Below are positions 39,987 to 54,030 of a DNA stretch of 64,000 nt, in pieces. Under the pieces are notes generated by a model. The model worked only from the letters and a program-made list of their open reading frames with translations. It was not told the DNA's origin and ran no database searches. The stretch comes from Felis catus (taxonomy: Eukaryota): contig NC_058368.1 in assembly GCF_018350175.1 (NCBI RefSeq), positions 34,164,001 through 34,228,000 on the forward strand. Direction: 5' to 3'. Every line of letters begins with the position of its first letter. Position 1 is the first letter of the stretch. The position numbers and the translations under genes are program-made.

Positions 39987-40127
39987 ATTTGCTTATTTTT
40001 TAATTAGGTCATTTGGCTTTTGCTTAAGTCGAAGGGACTCTTTATTTTTATGAATATTAATCCATTGTAGTATAATAATAGTCTGCGTTTGTCTGTATAT
40101 TTACCTTTATAGTTTTATAAAAGTAAT

Positions 40128-40320
40128 TTTTCAAGTTTATTTATTTATTTGGACAGAGAATGCACACGTGAGTGGGGGACAGACAGAGGGAGACAGAGGA
40201 TCTGAAGCAGGCTCTGTACTGTCAGTGCAGAGTCCGATGTGGGGCTTCAACTCACTAACTGTGAGATCGTGACCTGAGCCAAAGTAGGACGCCTAACTGA
40301 CTAAGCCACTCAGGCATCCC
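40128..40320 (-). mobile_element. CanSINE
   Basis: Reverse-complement head and tail; TSD-like aaa(g)gtaattttt. Confidence 0.9.
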
Positions 40321-40377
40321 AAAGGTAATTTTTATGTTTTATATTTATATATACTGAGCTTTATATTTTAATATGCT

Positions 40378-40379
<2 letters not shown>

Positions 40380-40412
<33 letters not shown>
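40380..40412. repeat. (GTT)n microsatellite
   Basis: Direct reading. Confidence 0.95.
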
Positions 40413-40414
40413 AG

Positions 40415-43400
40415 CATCCTTTTGTACCAACTCGAAGGAATCCTTTTAGCATTTCTGTAAGGCAGGTCTAGTGGTGATAAGCTTCCTGAGCAGTGCTCCA
40501 ACCAACGAGGTCTGACATGTCCTCAACTCTTCTCTTTCTACCCTGAGAAAGAAGTCACAAGCCCAAGGCTCTCTTCCGGCAATGAGCTGTGCTGACATCG
40601 GGGAGGGGCTGATGTGGATAAAGTGAAATTGCTCTTCCTGTCCATTTCAATGTGGCTTTCCTCAGCCTTTTGCTTGCCTGAGGTATTGAAACATTCTAAC
40701 TGGATTTTGGAAATCTCATAAAGGTATTACGATCTGTATTTCATTGTTAAATCATTATTTCTGTTGGATAATGAGTTCTAGGACTCCTTATTCTTCCACC
40801 TGGCTCACACAAGTCCTATTATCTTTTAAATATTGACATGCCTCTCATTCATGTTCCCTTTTAATCCATGTTATGGTTATTTTTTTTCTTTTTCTCATTT
40901 CTTTTCCATTTTAAAATTTTATTTTATATTTGTAGGGCTTTATTTTAGTTCATTAAATTCTTCCGGTGTTTTAATTTCTCTTAATAGTGCCTCAGTGCAT
41001 CCACATTTTATGTTCATGCAATAATTTCATATGCCTATTTAAAATACTCTTTAATTTCCATTCTATTTCTTCTTTGGCCCCTGTTTTATGTAGAAGTATA
41101 TTTTGTACTTACCAAACAGGTAAGAGCTGTTTTGTTATATTTTGTCACTGTACGCTAAAATAATTCATTGTACTCAGACACTATCCTATGCATGCTTTTG
41201 ATCCTTGAAACTTTTTTTTGAGAATTGCTGCATGTTTTAATATGTGGCATTAAAAACATTATTGGTGTGCTTTATAATGTGTATTATTCAGATATTGGAT
41301 ATGTTATTCTGTAATTATTTGTTAGGCCAAATTTGCCCATCATGTACTTATGCATTAGATCTTAACGATATTCTTTTGTCTTTTTGTACTATTAGTTACA
41401 GGGAGAAAAATATTTAAAAATATCCCAATATGAGAGTTTTCTATTTCTTATAGTTTAGTCAATTTGTTTTCTTTATTTTTAAGCAGTATTCTTTTTTTTT
41501 TTTAAATTAGGTTATTTATTTACTTTGAAAGAGAGAGAGAGAGAAAGATAGCAAGCGGGGGAGGGGCAGAAAAAGAAAAAGAGAGAGATGGGGTGCCTGG
41601 GTGGCTCAGTTGGTTAAGCGTCTGACTTCGGCTCAGGTCATGATCTCATGGTTCGTGGGTTTGAGCCCTGCATCAGGCTCTGGGCTGACAGCTCAGAGCC
41701 TGGAACCTGCTTCAGATTCTGTGTCCCTCGCTCTCTGCCCCTATCCACACTGACATTATGCAGCCCAATGTGGGACTCGAACTCACAAACCATGAGATCA
41801 TGACCTGAGCCTAAATCTAGGGTTGGTTGCTGAACTGACTGAGCCACCCAGATGTCCCACTAGTCAATTCTTTTTCTCTATATCATTAGGTTCATACATT
41901 ATTAGATGGATACATAAGTGAAATAGTTCTCTCCTCCTGATGAAATGTAAACAATTATTAAGTAATTCTCTTTATTAATTCCCTTTGATTTAAAGTTGAT
42001 GTGTCTAAATAACAATGTAACTATTCTGTATCTAAAGATAATTTTCAGGAAACATTTTTCCATCATTTCATTTTCCACATTTTTCTCTTTATAACTTATG
42101 TGGCTTTCCTATAAGAGCCACAATATTAGGTTCTGAATATGGTTTCTGTTACAAAAGCATTTAGTCCATGGTTAATACAATTATTGAGGTATTTGGTTTT
42201 AAATCTTTAAATCTACTTTTGTGTTATCTATTTGAAGAAATAAAAGTGAAAGGAATAAATAAATAAGTGTATAGAAAAATATAAATACAGATTGTTTAAA
42301 TCTATAGCAATAATGCATGTGTCGTTAAAGAAACAATATGTATTATTGTCATGAGTTTTGAATCTGTCTCATTTACTTTAACACCACACATTATTAAGAG
42401 TATGCATTAATACGATCTTTATTTATATTTTCCCATGAACTTATCACTGTCTTTGGCCTTCAAGGTTTTGGCCTCTCAGACCTTACATTTGAGGTCAATT
42501 TTCTTTGGACTTCAGTAGATTATTTAGAATTTCCTTTATTGTGGTTGTGTGGATGGCAAATTTTCTTAGTTTGTGTTTGTGATGAATGTCATTTTTTTCC
42601 CTCCTATTGAAATTGCTTTCTAAAATATATTTTCATTATGAAATTCTGGGCTGGCTTGTATTTTCTTTTAGCATAGTGAAGATATATTTCCACTGTCTCC
42701 TGGCTCCTGTTTTTACTGTTGGGAAGTTATCTATCCCTCTGTTCCTCTCTAAAATATGCCATCCATTATTTTCTTGTAACATTGAAGAGACTGTCTTTTG
42801 CAGATTATTTTTTTAAATTATAAAGTTTTTGTGTGAAATATTTTTGTACATAATTGGTTTTTCATTACTTGTAGAACAGTCATTTATTGTCTTCTAAAAT
42901 AACACTGATGCCATTTTTTCACTCTCCTTTCAAGACTCGTTAGCTATAGGACAAATTTATTCTCTTATATATGCATTCTATAGGTAATTATATATTACAT
43001 ATATCATACATATGGTATCTCTTTTATATTCTTTACCAGTGCCCTAGATAATTTCATCTCATCTATTATCTTGTTAACTAATTTTCTCTTTAGCTTAGTC
43101 TAATAGTCTCTCAGTTATCAAATGTTTTCATTCCCATAACATCTACATTTCTTTTCCAAATTTGCACTGATCCTCTGTTGAGTTTTACTTTCTTCATAGA
43201 TATCTTCAAGCCTGTTGTTTTAAATTTCCTTAAACATGGTTAATTGATAGCCTGTATTTGTTTTTCTAGTAGTTGAATTTTCAAAGATTTGTTTCTGTTT
43301 TCTTTTTTACTTTCCCTGCAGTTCTCACTCATGGTGTCTTTTTATTTCCTTCTGTGTTGGATTTTCATGGACTATGTGATGTACATCAATCTTGAGATGT

Positions 43401-43920
43401 TATCTATAACAATAATAGGAGAACCGGGTTGAAGTTTCCTTTCCTTTAGAATGTAGTGACTTGTTTCAGTCAAGAACCTGCAAACAATATTGGTCTAGAA
43501 CCAGTTTAAACCAATTTCATGGCTTAAGATTTCCTAGACTGTCCAAGGAAAATTCTGTGAGAAAGCAGTTTCTTCATTTCTCAGTTTCATCCTGAGGGTG
43601 TTGTTCTCCGAGGTTCCAGCATATTGTAGGGAAGGTAATTTTTTGGACTTACTACATTTAGTTTTTCTGTGCTTTGAATTCAACTAGTCTCACTCAATGG
43701 AAAGTTCAAATATCTGAAAATCTGCATATGTCCTCAGGCAAAGGTAGATTTAGAATTCATGTATTTCTCTGAATTTCATTTTCTTTGTGGTATTTCTCCA
43801 CTGTCTTGTAGTTCCTGATACTCATAAAATTTTTAGTAATATATTTCATCCTGATGTTCTTCCTCTCTTCAGAGAGAGATGTAGTCCAAATATTCTGGCC
43901 TGCTATTTCCAGGAACAGAA
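40415..43920 (-). mobile_element. Highly degraded ancient L1 fragments (L1M/L1ME-like)
   Basis: T-rich antisense L1 motifs such as ttttagcatttctgtaaggcaggtctagtggtga and tttagcatagtgaagatatatttccactgtctcctggct. Confidence 0.55.
41492..41858. mobile_element. Nested inverted CanSINEs: minus-strand host at 41492-41589 and 41743-41858, tail-less plus-strand insert at 41590-41742
   Basis: Minus tail, then a ggggtgcctgggtggctcag head, then a minus head ending gagccacccagatgtccc. Confidence 0.92.
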
Positions 43921-43992
43921 AATCAGAAATGAAACTTCAGTGTGTACTACAGACTATAAAACACATTTAATTTGAAAAGATTTTTATGTTCT

Positions 43993-44093
43993 GGGGCACC
44001 TGGCTGGCTCAGTTGATAGAGCATGTGGTTCTGAATCTCAGGGTTGTAAGTTCAAGTTCCACATTCAGTGTGGAGCCTACTTACAAAAAAAAA
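43993..44093 (+). mobile_element. Short old tRNA-Lys-like CanSINE
   Basis: ggggcacctggctggctcagttgatagagcatg..atctcagggttgtaagttcaag, A tail, TSD-like tttatgttc. Confidence 0.88.
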
Positions 44094-44124
44094 ATATTTA
44101 TGTTCAGAAGGATTATTATATTCT

Positions 44125-44572
44125 TTTTAAATATCTTGATTGAGGTATGATCAACAATTAAAAAATATATATGTTTATATGATACAATGTGATTTTTTTT
44201 AAAGATGTATGATGTATATATTGGGAAATTCTTACCACAGTCAAGTTAATTAACAAATTCACCACCTCACATAGTTAATTTTTGTGTGTTTGTATGAGAA
44301 TACTTAACGCTTACACTCTTGACAAATTTCAAGTATTCAATACAGTCTTATTAACTAAAATCACCATGCTGTCCATTAGATCCCCAGAATTTGTTGATCT
44401 TAAAACTGAACTTTTGTATTCTTTGACCATCTCCCCATTTCCCCCAACCCTCAGCCCTTTGCAACCATCGTTCTGTTCTGTTTTATGAATTGGACTTTTT
44501 TAGATCACACATGTAAATGAGATCATACAATGTTTGTCTTTCTGTGTCTAGCTTATTTCGTGTAGAATAATG
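44125..44572 (-). mobile_element. L1 (L1MA9-like) 3' end
   Basis: accacagtcaagttaattaac...aaatttcaagtattcaatacagt..ttaact..catgctgtccattagatccccagaa. Confidence 0.85.
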
Positions 44573-44888
44573 TATTTTAAATACAAATTATGTAATAGAA
44601 ATATGCTTATTCTGAAATAATGGTTACTTTTAATATAATTGTAGGGGATTCAATTGGTAAATATGTCAGAAAACACAAGTTTTCTTCCCCTTTCATTAGT
44701 GCCTTAAACTGTTAGGTTTGAAACTGACAAGAATACTGGCCACTATACCATCTAAGAAAGAAGATTTTTAAATTAAAAAAAAAAAGGTCTTTATTCTAAA
44801 AATAATCATAAAAATGGAATGGGTATTTACTTAGGTCTTCCACTGATGCTATAAACAGCTGCCCGATTCTTGACAACTAAGACACTCT

Positions 44889-44922
44889 TTTCTTTTTTAT
44901 TTTTTTAATATTTATTTATTTT

Positions 44923-44965
<43 letters not shown>

Positions 44966-45131
44966 ACGAGTGGGGGAGGGGCAGAGAGAGAGGGAGACAC
45001 AGAATCTGAAACAGGCTCCAGGCTCTGAGCTGTCAGTGCAGAGCCTGATGCGGGGCTCGAACTCATGGACCCTGAGATCATGACCTGAGCCGAAGACAGA
45101 CGCTCAACCGACTGAGCCACCCAGGCACCCC
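44889..45131 (-). mobile_element. CanSINE with long (AG)n
   Basis: TSD-like gacaactaaga(cac/gag)tctt. Confidence 0.96.
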
Positions 45132-45887
45132 GACAACTAAGAGAGTCTTAAGGAAAGAGACAAGACCTCACGATAGCTTGTGTGTTCTTTTAAAATCAAC
45201 ATTAATACGAACTTGTGGTAAATTAAAAATCTTCTATATACTTCTTTTATTCAGGGGACTTGACAGTTGGATATTATGAGTTCCAGAGTGTGCATACAAG
45301 TTTCATATATAAGAATGCCTTGCTGCAACATGTGACAATTTGTCAAGGAGAAGGCAGTTTACTATAAACTTGTCACATGACTGATCATGGTTGAAAAACT
45401 TTGTTTTGCTGATTTCTATAAGCATTCTATAAGATGTTTTGCTCTTTTATTTATTTTAATAGAATAATAGAGGCAGATATTAAAGAGGTCACTATAGAAT
45501 CACTTGCCAGTTGAATATAATCCTATATTTAATAGCCAATTTTTTTGGCATGGTGCTTTGAATTTCCCAAATACATATTTTTTCCTTTTAACTTTATTTT
45601 CAATACTAAAATAACTTTTTTAGCTCTAGATTACATACTGTATATACAAATTTAATAGAGGTCTGTTCCCTTGGGCAGTTTCAATTTGATGAACAAACAC
45701 TTTTTGTGCTTGAGTGCAAATTATGTATTAATTAAACCTTTTAGAAGGAAAACAATCTAAAGTAGAGAATAATAGACATATATGGTTTTCTTTTTTTGTT
45801 TGTTTCAGCTTTAGAGGTATAACGATGTATAATATATAAATTGCACATCATGGTGGTTTGATATACATATTTTATTTAAATAAACCT

Positions 45888-46094
45888 TTGTTTAAGTTTA
45901 TTTACTTTGAGAGTAAGAGAGAAAGAGCATGAGCAGGGGAGGGACAGAGAGAGACGAAGAGACAGAATCCCAAACAGGCTCTGTGACGTCAGTGTAGAGT
46001 TCTACCCGGGGCTTAGACTCACAAACCAAGAGATCATGAACAGAGTCTAAACCAAGAGTAAACGCTTAACTTGGCTGAGCCACTCAGACACCCC
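45888..46094 (-). mobile_element. CanSINE, diverged, no TSD
   Basis: Reverse-complement head ctgagccactcagacacccc. Confidence 0.9.
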
Positions 46095-46097
46095 TCT

Positions 46098-46465
46098 CCT
46101 ACTGGTTTTAAAGGAGCAAACTGAAAGTGGTGGAAAGGGCCATGTGACAGGCAATGATGGATGATCCGTAAGGGCTGAGAATAGGCCTTGGTTGACAACA
46201 GTAAGAAAGCAGGAAGCTCAGTCTTACAGCCACAGGGAAGTGAATTCTGCTAACAACTAGTGAGCTTGGAAGAGGTTCTTGGGCCACAGGTGAGATGATA
46301 GCACTGAATGATACCTTGATTTCAGCCAGGTAACATGATGAGCAGAGGACTCAGCAAAAAAGTATCTCATTTCTTTCCCCACAGAAATGGCAAGATAGTA
46401 AATCCATGTTGTTTAAGCCACTAAAATCTTGGTAATTTGTTGCATAGTAGTAGAAAACTAGTACA
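46098..46465 (+). mobile_element. MaLR LTR 3' part (MLT1E-like)
   Basis: ctcagtcttacagccacagggaagtgaattctgctaacaac..gtgagcttggaagag...tgtttaagccacta...gaaaactagtaca. Confidence 0.85.
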
Positions 46466-48087
46466 GCAAGTCAAAAGAAATACTGGAGATGCAATTTCAT
46501 AATTTCTATTGCTCACTGTTCATCTTTGGCAAACATTTTGCAATGGACAAATTAGTCTTGGGGAAAATTCAATATCAACTTAACTTACAAATTTTAACTC
46601 AAAGTTGTAAAAATATCAATTATAGTTCAGTTTAAAATTTTGGTTTACTTTCCCCGCGACTATATCTCAAATAATAACACTGCCGTCCAAGATGTTTTTC
46701 GGATAGGAAAATAAGCGAGACCTTCCTCCTGGTGTCTTCTAGCATTGTGATTCTGTGCTTTTAGTGGTGTGGATTAAACAAAGTTATTTAAGCTTTCCAA
46801 GCCTCAGTTTCCTCATCTATAAAATTTAGATTATATTTCTCAGACTCTATTTGATATCAGAAGTTCTATAGTACTCTGATATTTTGGCGAAAATATTACT
46901 AATGTATTTTGAGGAAAAAAATCAGAATTTATCTCTATTGACCAAGCAAATAAATAAAAATCAGTAGTGAAAAAACTTGCACTACTGAGAAAACCCAAAT
47001 ACTTTAAGGGGAACCAAGGGCTACATTTTTTGATTCCCCCTTTTAGGAAACAAACAAACAACTATATGTAAACTCGTAGGAGTGGTGAAAAGCATTTGTG
47101 TGAGCACCAAGAAAACTTAAAGGAGTACTGAGATCTTTTCCTTTAATACTGGGTTTCTTTTTTTCTCTGTTACAAGACCTATGAAAGCTCAAGAAACAAA
47201 GTAGAGGTGAGGATAAATTCCATTCCAATTCAATTCTGTAAATATTCTATAATAAATAGATTAATGTGAACATGAAAGTCGAATGAAGTCAATACCATTA
47301 ACTCATGGAAAGCATAATTATAATCAGGTCGATTCCCACACAGGAGTATCATTCATTTTACCATATAAAAGAAATGTAAGACAATTAACAGTTTCCAAAT
47401 TAGCTTGATGAGAGAAAACCTACAATAGAGCAATCCATTACTTACTAATGAAGTTACATTCCATAAAGGAGTTCCTCCAAGGAATTTCCTTTTGAAATAA
47501 TATTTATGTACAGTTTAGCAGAGGTGAGCATTGATTGCTTATCTCAATTGCAAATTTAGCAAGTTCCCCAGAGGAAAAAGCACACAGATTGTTAGACTGA
47601 ATTGTTGTGGGTGGTTTAAAGTTATGAGGAAAGGCAATGCAAAAATAGAAACCATGTGGGTTTCTTTATTGTGTTTGAAGAGAATGTTACTAATTTATTT
47701 TTCCTATAAAAATTCAATGAAATTAGAATTTACGTTTTGCTTCCAAATTGGCAATAACAAAGGGGGAATTAAATTAACCAGTTTGTTATATTTATCAGTA
47801 CTATATTGTTCACTTTAGCTCAAACACTGAACATGAGTGCTGACTCCGTGGCAGAAAATACTAGATAAAGAGAAATACATGAGAAAACTTGATATAAAAT
47901 AGTGAGTTATTAACTATATGTATGAATGTGAATTTCAAACAGTCAATAATGATGTTGTTCTAATGTGTATCGCACAGCTAGATGCCTTGTGGAAGTACAA
48001 AGAAGCATATGATATCTCTGACTTAGACACTTACAATGAAGTAAGTTATTTATAAACATATGAGTTATTTCAAATCCTTAATAGTCT

Positions 48088-50400
48088 ATCATTCACTCAT
48101 CTACACAATAAATAAATTCTAGCAGATACCGGGTGCTGAGAAAGGACATAATTCCTGCCATCATGGAATTTACTGTGTAATGAGAAGAGCAGAAAATAAA
48201 AATGCAAACAAACAACTATAAAATTACAAATGTGCTCTCTGAAGAAATTGAAAGAGTTCAGTGATAAAAGAAAAATAGATAAGGGGGGCTGCTGAGTATA
48301 TAGGAAGTGGGAGAATACGTGCCTTTTTTGAATAGGTGCCATTTACAATGAGATGGGAAGTTTAAGAAAGGAACAACTATGTAATGAGCCCAAATAATGC
48401 CTTCCAGGCAGCGCAAATGGTCTGTGCTAAGATGGAAAAGGACTCGGGGTATTTAAAAGATGTAGAGAGGTCCGTGTGATTGGAGCATAGGGAACCAGAA
48501 TAAGAGTTGTTTAAAATGTGGTTGAAAAGGGTACATGAGGTTTCTAGGCCATGTGCATGATTTTAGATTATATTCAAAGTTCCACAAGAAGTCAATAGAA
48601 GAATTTTATGAGGTATGTCATGGTTTAATTCATGGCTTTAAGAAAAGATGACCCCGGGGTACTTTGCATTGTACAGATTATTGGCAGTTATAGTGTGAAG
48701 AATCAGAATAGAAATCTGGAGACCTGAGACAGACGATGGCAACAGTTCAGCCAGATGTGTCCTGAATTACAACAGTGGTGCTGGATACAAAGACAAGGAG
48801 AACATTAGATTTATTTGGATGGGGTCATTAACAACACTTGCCAATATTTTGGATAGAGGCAGATAGAGGAGAGGGACCAATAAAGAAAGCCCCCAGAGTT
48901 TTTTGCCTGAGAAGCTGTATGAATGATTGTGTCATTTACTGAAATAAGAAACACATCCAGGTTTCATAAGGAGAAATTATCATGTCCACTGTGGACATGT
49001 TACTTTTGAGATTTGTAAATAAAACAAGAAAGTTGGCTTTGGGAATATGCAGTACAGAGATCCAACAAGAAATTTAAGAGTCATTAGCAACCGTAGGAAT
49101 AGAGTGTAGACAACAAAGAGCAAAAGGACTGATGAATAAGCCCTAGAGACTCCAACATGAAGCTGTCAGGGAGGTTATTGGAAAGGTTATTAGAAAAACC
49201 AAGATAAGATCGATGTCCTTGAAGCTAAGAGAGGAGACGGGTTTCAGAAGAAGGAGAAATTCGGCTGTGATAAAGAGTGTGGAGAAATAAAATGAGGACA
49301 AAAAATGATCACTGAATTTGGCAAAAGTTCTAGAGGTCTTGACAAAAGATGTATCAGTGTAATAATGGAGAAAGAAGCAAAATTGTGAATAGAAAGTGAG
49401 GAAGTGGAGTCTGCATGTGTAGACAGTTCTCTCTGAAATGTCATCCATATAAGCATGGAAATGGAATAGTAGCTGGAAAGAATGGTAGGGAAAAAGAATT
49501 TTTTCTAAAGGACTATGAAATAGTATGAATATTCTCCTGGAGAGGGAGAGAATGATGGTCTAGGAGATGAGAGGAATAAACACCAATGGGGGAAATTTCT
49601 GAATTTCTTTAAATTGTGAAAGGAGATGGGATGTAGAGTTAATGTTAGGGACGGGGAAGGAGAGATAAAATTTGAATGCAACACAAAGGAAAAGGAACAA
49701 GATAAGATGCACATGCAAGTCGGTTAGAAATTAAGTAGGACGCTGAGGGAATTCTCAAACAGTAGTTTCTGCATTCTCAATATTGGAAGCAAGGTCATCA
49801 CCTAAAAGCAATTAGGTAGATGTAATGGCAGAGGAGCACTAAGTAGTTTGAGGAGAAAAGATAATAGGTAAAATTATTATTTTAGAATAGAAAAGTGTTT
49901 GGATTGCCAGAGATGTTGAGTCCACTTATCTCTGTTACCTGAAATTTAATTTCATATTTCACTTTAAGTCAACCTAACTGGTTTTGTGACTGTCATTTTC
50001 ATCTAAACACACTTGCTTTGGAGTAAGTTTGCTGTTGAGTTTTTATATTGTTGAGGTTCTTCCAGCTGAGCAGGGAAGAAGTTGAGCGAAATGGAAGTTG
50101 AATATTTTTGAAAAGAAGCACTTATTTTTATGGGTTATGAAATCTAAGCCAGGCATAACCAAAGACAGAAGGGTGTTGCTAGATCGTAAAAGAATGGTGG
50201 GTTTAATATATTGGAGAGAATGGGAATCTACCTGGAAAGGTGTGTCGGGAGCAGGGAAGACTGGGACAAGTCAATGGGAGTTGAGGTCTTGGTATTAGAT
50301 ATTTTGTAATTGGTAAGCTTGTGAGTGCTTAGCAGAGGAGAGGAAATAAAAGTCAGTGGAGATATGGGTAAAGAAACAGATAAGACAACATATTTTGGGA
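48088..50400 (-). mobile_element. Long degraded L2 LINE (about 2.3 kb)
   Basis: Begins cattcactcat (reverse complement of the L2 tail); motifs tcctgccatcatggaatttac, tggacatgttacttttgag, cactgaatttggcaa..gaggtc. Confidence 0.7.
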
Positions 50401-50762
50401 ATAATGATAGGACATGTGCTGGAGTTTTTACAGGCCTAAATCTTAGGACAGTATGGGGAAATGATTATGATGTTGATAAATAATAGTATTTGGAATTCTT
50501 AATTTTAGACCTCAGTTAGATAATCAAATATTACTAATAATATGCTTTAACTTCCATTTATTTTATTGATTTTAGAAATTGATATTTCACTTCTTGTTAT
50601 GAAAGAAGGAGTTTTTTTTTTTTTTGTTACATTAAACATTGCTTAACTCTTCTTCCCCCCAGTCTCCAAAAGTTTGTCTAGGGTTTTTGTTCAGCTGATA
50701 TACAACACTACAACCTTAAGAGTTGTTAAATATTATTAAAAATAGATATATCATATGATCCA

Positions 50763-50929
50763 GGGGCGACTTAGTGGCTTAGTGGCTAAGCATCTGATTC
50801 TGGACTTTGGCTCAAGTCATGATCTCATGGTTCATGAGATCAAGCCCCAAGTTGGGTTCTGCACTCACAGCACAAAGCCTGCTTGGGATTCTCTTTCTCC
50901 CTCTCTGTTTCTGCCCCTCTCCCACTCGT

Positions 50930-50974
<45 letters not shown>

Positions 50975-50998
50975 ATAAATAAATAAACATTTTTTAAA
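50763..50998 (+). mobile_element. CanSINE
   Basis: Head, long (CT)n, aaataaa tail. Confidence 0.95.
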
Positions 50999-51004
50999 AG
51001 AAAT

Positions 51005-51715
51005 ATTATATAATCCAGTAATTTCACTACTGGGTGTTTACCTAAGGAAAATGAAAACACTAATTTGAAAAGATATATGAACCCCTATCCTTACTGCAGC
51101 ATTATTTACAATAGCAAAGATATGGAAGCAACCTAAGTGTCCAATGATAGATAAATGAAGAAGATGAATGGAAATATATAGTGTGTATATATGTATATAT
51201 CTATTTTGCATATGGAATGGACTGGAATATTACACAACCATAAAAAGAATGACATCTTGCCCTTTGCAACAACATGGGTAGATCTAAAGGGTATTATGTT
51301 AAGTGAAATAAGTCACGCTGAGAAAGACAAATGCCACATGATTTCATTCATATGTAGAATCTAAAAAATAAAACCAATGAATAAACAAAGCAGGATCAGA
51401 CCTATAAAAACAGAGAACAAACTGATGGTTGCCAGAGGGAAGAGGGGCATGGGCAAAATGGATGAAGGGGAGTGGGAAATACAGGTTTCCAATTATGGAA
51501 TGAATAAGTCATGGGAACAAAATACACAGCATAGGGAATATAGTCAACGATATTTTAATAACATTATGGTGAAAGAGGGTAGCTACACTCACAGTGAGCT
51601 GAGCGTAGCATAATATGTATTTATGAAGTTGAATCACTATGTGGCACACCTGAAATGAAAGTTACATTGTATGGCAACTACACTCAAATAAACTTTTTTA
51701 AATTTAAAAACGTAG
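51005..51715 (+). mobile_element. Carnivore L1 ORF2 C-terminus and 3' UTR
   Basis: gcagcattatttacaatagc..atggaagcaacctaagtgtcca...aagtgaaataagtc..gagaaagacaaat...cacagtgagc...cacctgaaa. Confidence 0.92.
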
Positions 51716-52124
51716 ACAAAAAAAAAGTTGTTAAATATTGAAATATGCCTGAAAGCTGAAAGTAAAGTAGCTGATTCCCAGGACTCTTGATTGCCTTTGC
51801 TGCCTCTCCCCACGCTTCTCCCAGAGCAGGGGAGTTCTCAGAGCCCTGCCCTAGCACTAATGCTGGCGGGTGGGTGCATTCATATTGGTGTAACCAGCTG
51901 GAAAAGTTGACATTATGTAACTATTACTCCTGGTTATATCCTTGACTCAGTTCTTCCACAGGCCCCTGTCTCAATATCAAACAACATATTTAAACTTCAT
52001 TTTTTAATGTCATCCACTAGAAAAATGCCTCCTGATTGCTCACTCAGAAGATTAGGCATGAGTATGCCCCCCTTCCGTTTACTTGCTTTGCCTCACGTCC
52101 TATTATATGTAGGCTTACTTTATT

Positions 52125-52166
52125 TATTTTTTTAAATTTTTATTTGTTTTTTATTTTTATTTTTGA

Positions 52167-52201
<35 letters not shown>

Positions 52202-52368
52202 CATGAGCAGGGGAGGGGCAGAGAGAGAGGGAGACATAGAATCTGAAGCAGGCTCCAGGCTCTGAGCTGTCAGCACAGAGCTGCATGTGGGGCTTGAACT
52301 CACAAACCATGAGATCACGACCCAAGGGGAAGTCAGATGCTCAACCAACTGAACCACCCAGGCACCCA
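52125..52368 (-). mobile_element. CanSINE
   Basis: TSD aggcttactttatt at 52111 and 52370. Confidence 0.95.
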
Positions 52369-53813
52369 CAGGCTTACTTTATTAAGATCGCTAAGACCTG
52401 AGTTATACTCTCTGTATTCAATTAAAAGGATAGTAATAGAAACCCATTATCTGGTAATTTCTCTGTGCATACTATCTCATATCACAGGAATGATTGGAAT
52501 ATTACCTGTAATTACTTTTTTTTTTTCATTTCTTTTGGCTAAACAAGAAAAGGGAATTTTGTCTGACTGACTAGTTCCTGTAACATGTAGTTCTCTAGCT
52601 GGCATTTGCAAATAACTTGGTAAGCCATTTATTACAGAAGTTGCAATTCACATTTTTGAAATTTCACACAGATAGTAATTGAGTGAGTGAACAAAATTCA
52701 GCGAATGATAGGAAGATAGTCTAGTATTTGTGAAGTCCTTTACTTCCTGTTCAAGCGTGGCTTTTCTTGGTGGTAGTTGTATTCTGTTCTCGGATAATGA
52801 CTTTCTGGTGCAGCTTCACTCTGCACTCTGTTTTTTTGTCATTTTATCACATTTTCCTACACTCTCAATAATACTACACAGCCTCTGGGGTCTACTTCTT
52901 TCCCCAAGGACAACCCTCTGGAAGCATTATTTAAAATTGAATGAACAATGATATAGAGAATAACAAGTTTCCACATGTCAGGTTAAGAAAGAAAATGTAC
53001 AAATGGAGTTGTATTCTTCAGGATATCATTTGTGTATTTTGTGGGTAGCAATCCTCATACTCCCTTCTTCCACCAGTCTGAGCTAATTATAATTCTGAAT
53101 TTGTGGCTTATTATTTTCCCTGAATTTCTGAAATAAATAAATGGCCACACATGCATATGTCACTAAACATCGCATCGCATGTTTTTACGTATTAGAAATG
53201 TATTTAGATGTTACCGTACCATGCATACCATTCAGCAGTTTGTTTTTTCATTCCTATTATGTTTTAAGAGTATCCTTCTTATTAGACCTGGTTTTAGGTC
53301 ATTCATTCGCACAGCTGTATTGTAGTACTTTACTTCATGAACTTCTCACAAGTTACTTACCTATTCGGAAGTTGATATTTAAAATTTTTCTGTTTCTATT
53401 TTCTTATACTCTCCAGTGGACACTTTTACACATGTATATCTGTGAGTTTCCAGAAGGATTCCCTCAGTGTTATACATAAGAATAATTGTTGGGTCACAGG
53501 CATATGAGCAGATCTTCAATTTTACTAGATAAGGCCAAATTACTTACTAAATTGTTTTGAACAGTTTATAATCTTACCATATGACTTATTGCTCCAAATT
53601 CGTGCCAAATGCTGGAGCTTTTTTATATGAAGACATAAAATCTTTTGAAACTTTGGAGTTCTAACTATTTAATTGTTGCTTAATAACCTGCATGTTGTTC
53701 ATTATGAGTATTATTTGGGTTTCCTGTTCTACAGGTGTCTTCTTTGTCTATCTGGTCACTTTTCTAATGAATGTTGTCATTTTTTAAACTGATTTGTTAA
53801 AAATATTCACAAT

Positions 53814-54030
53814 GGGGGCACCTGGGTGGCTCCATCAGTTAAGTGTCTGACTTTGGCTCAGGTCATGATCTCACAGTTCCTGAGTTCGAGCCCCACGTCG
53901 GGGTCTGTGCTGACAGCTCGGAGCCTGGAGCCTGCTTCGGATTCTGTGTCTCCCTCTCTCTCTGCCCTTCCCCTGGTCTCTTTCCCTATGCTCCCCTTCC
54001 TCTCTCAAGAATAAACATTAAAAATTAAAT
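53814..54030 (+). mobile_element. CanSINE
   Basis: Head, (CT) tract, aataaa tail. Confidence 0.95.

Noticed and set aside
43993..44065. tRNA-Lys-like sequence
   Set aside because: It is a diverged SINE head with an A tail and a TSD; the cloverleaf is not intact.
45329..45379. 10-bp inverted repeat catgtgacaa/ttgtcacatg with a 31-nt spacer
   Set aside because: It is too short and AT-rich to exceed chance expectation in 64 kb.
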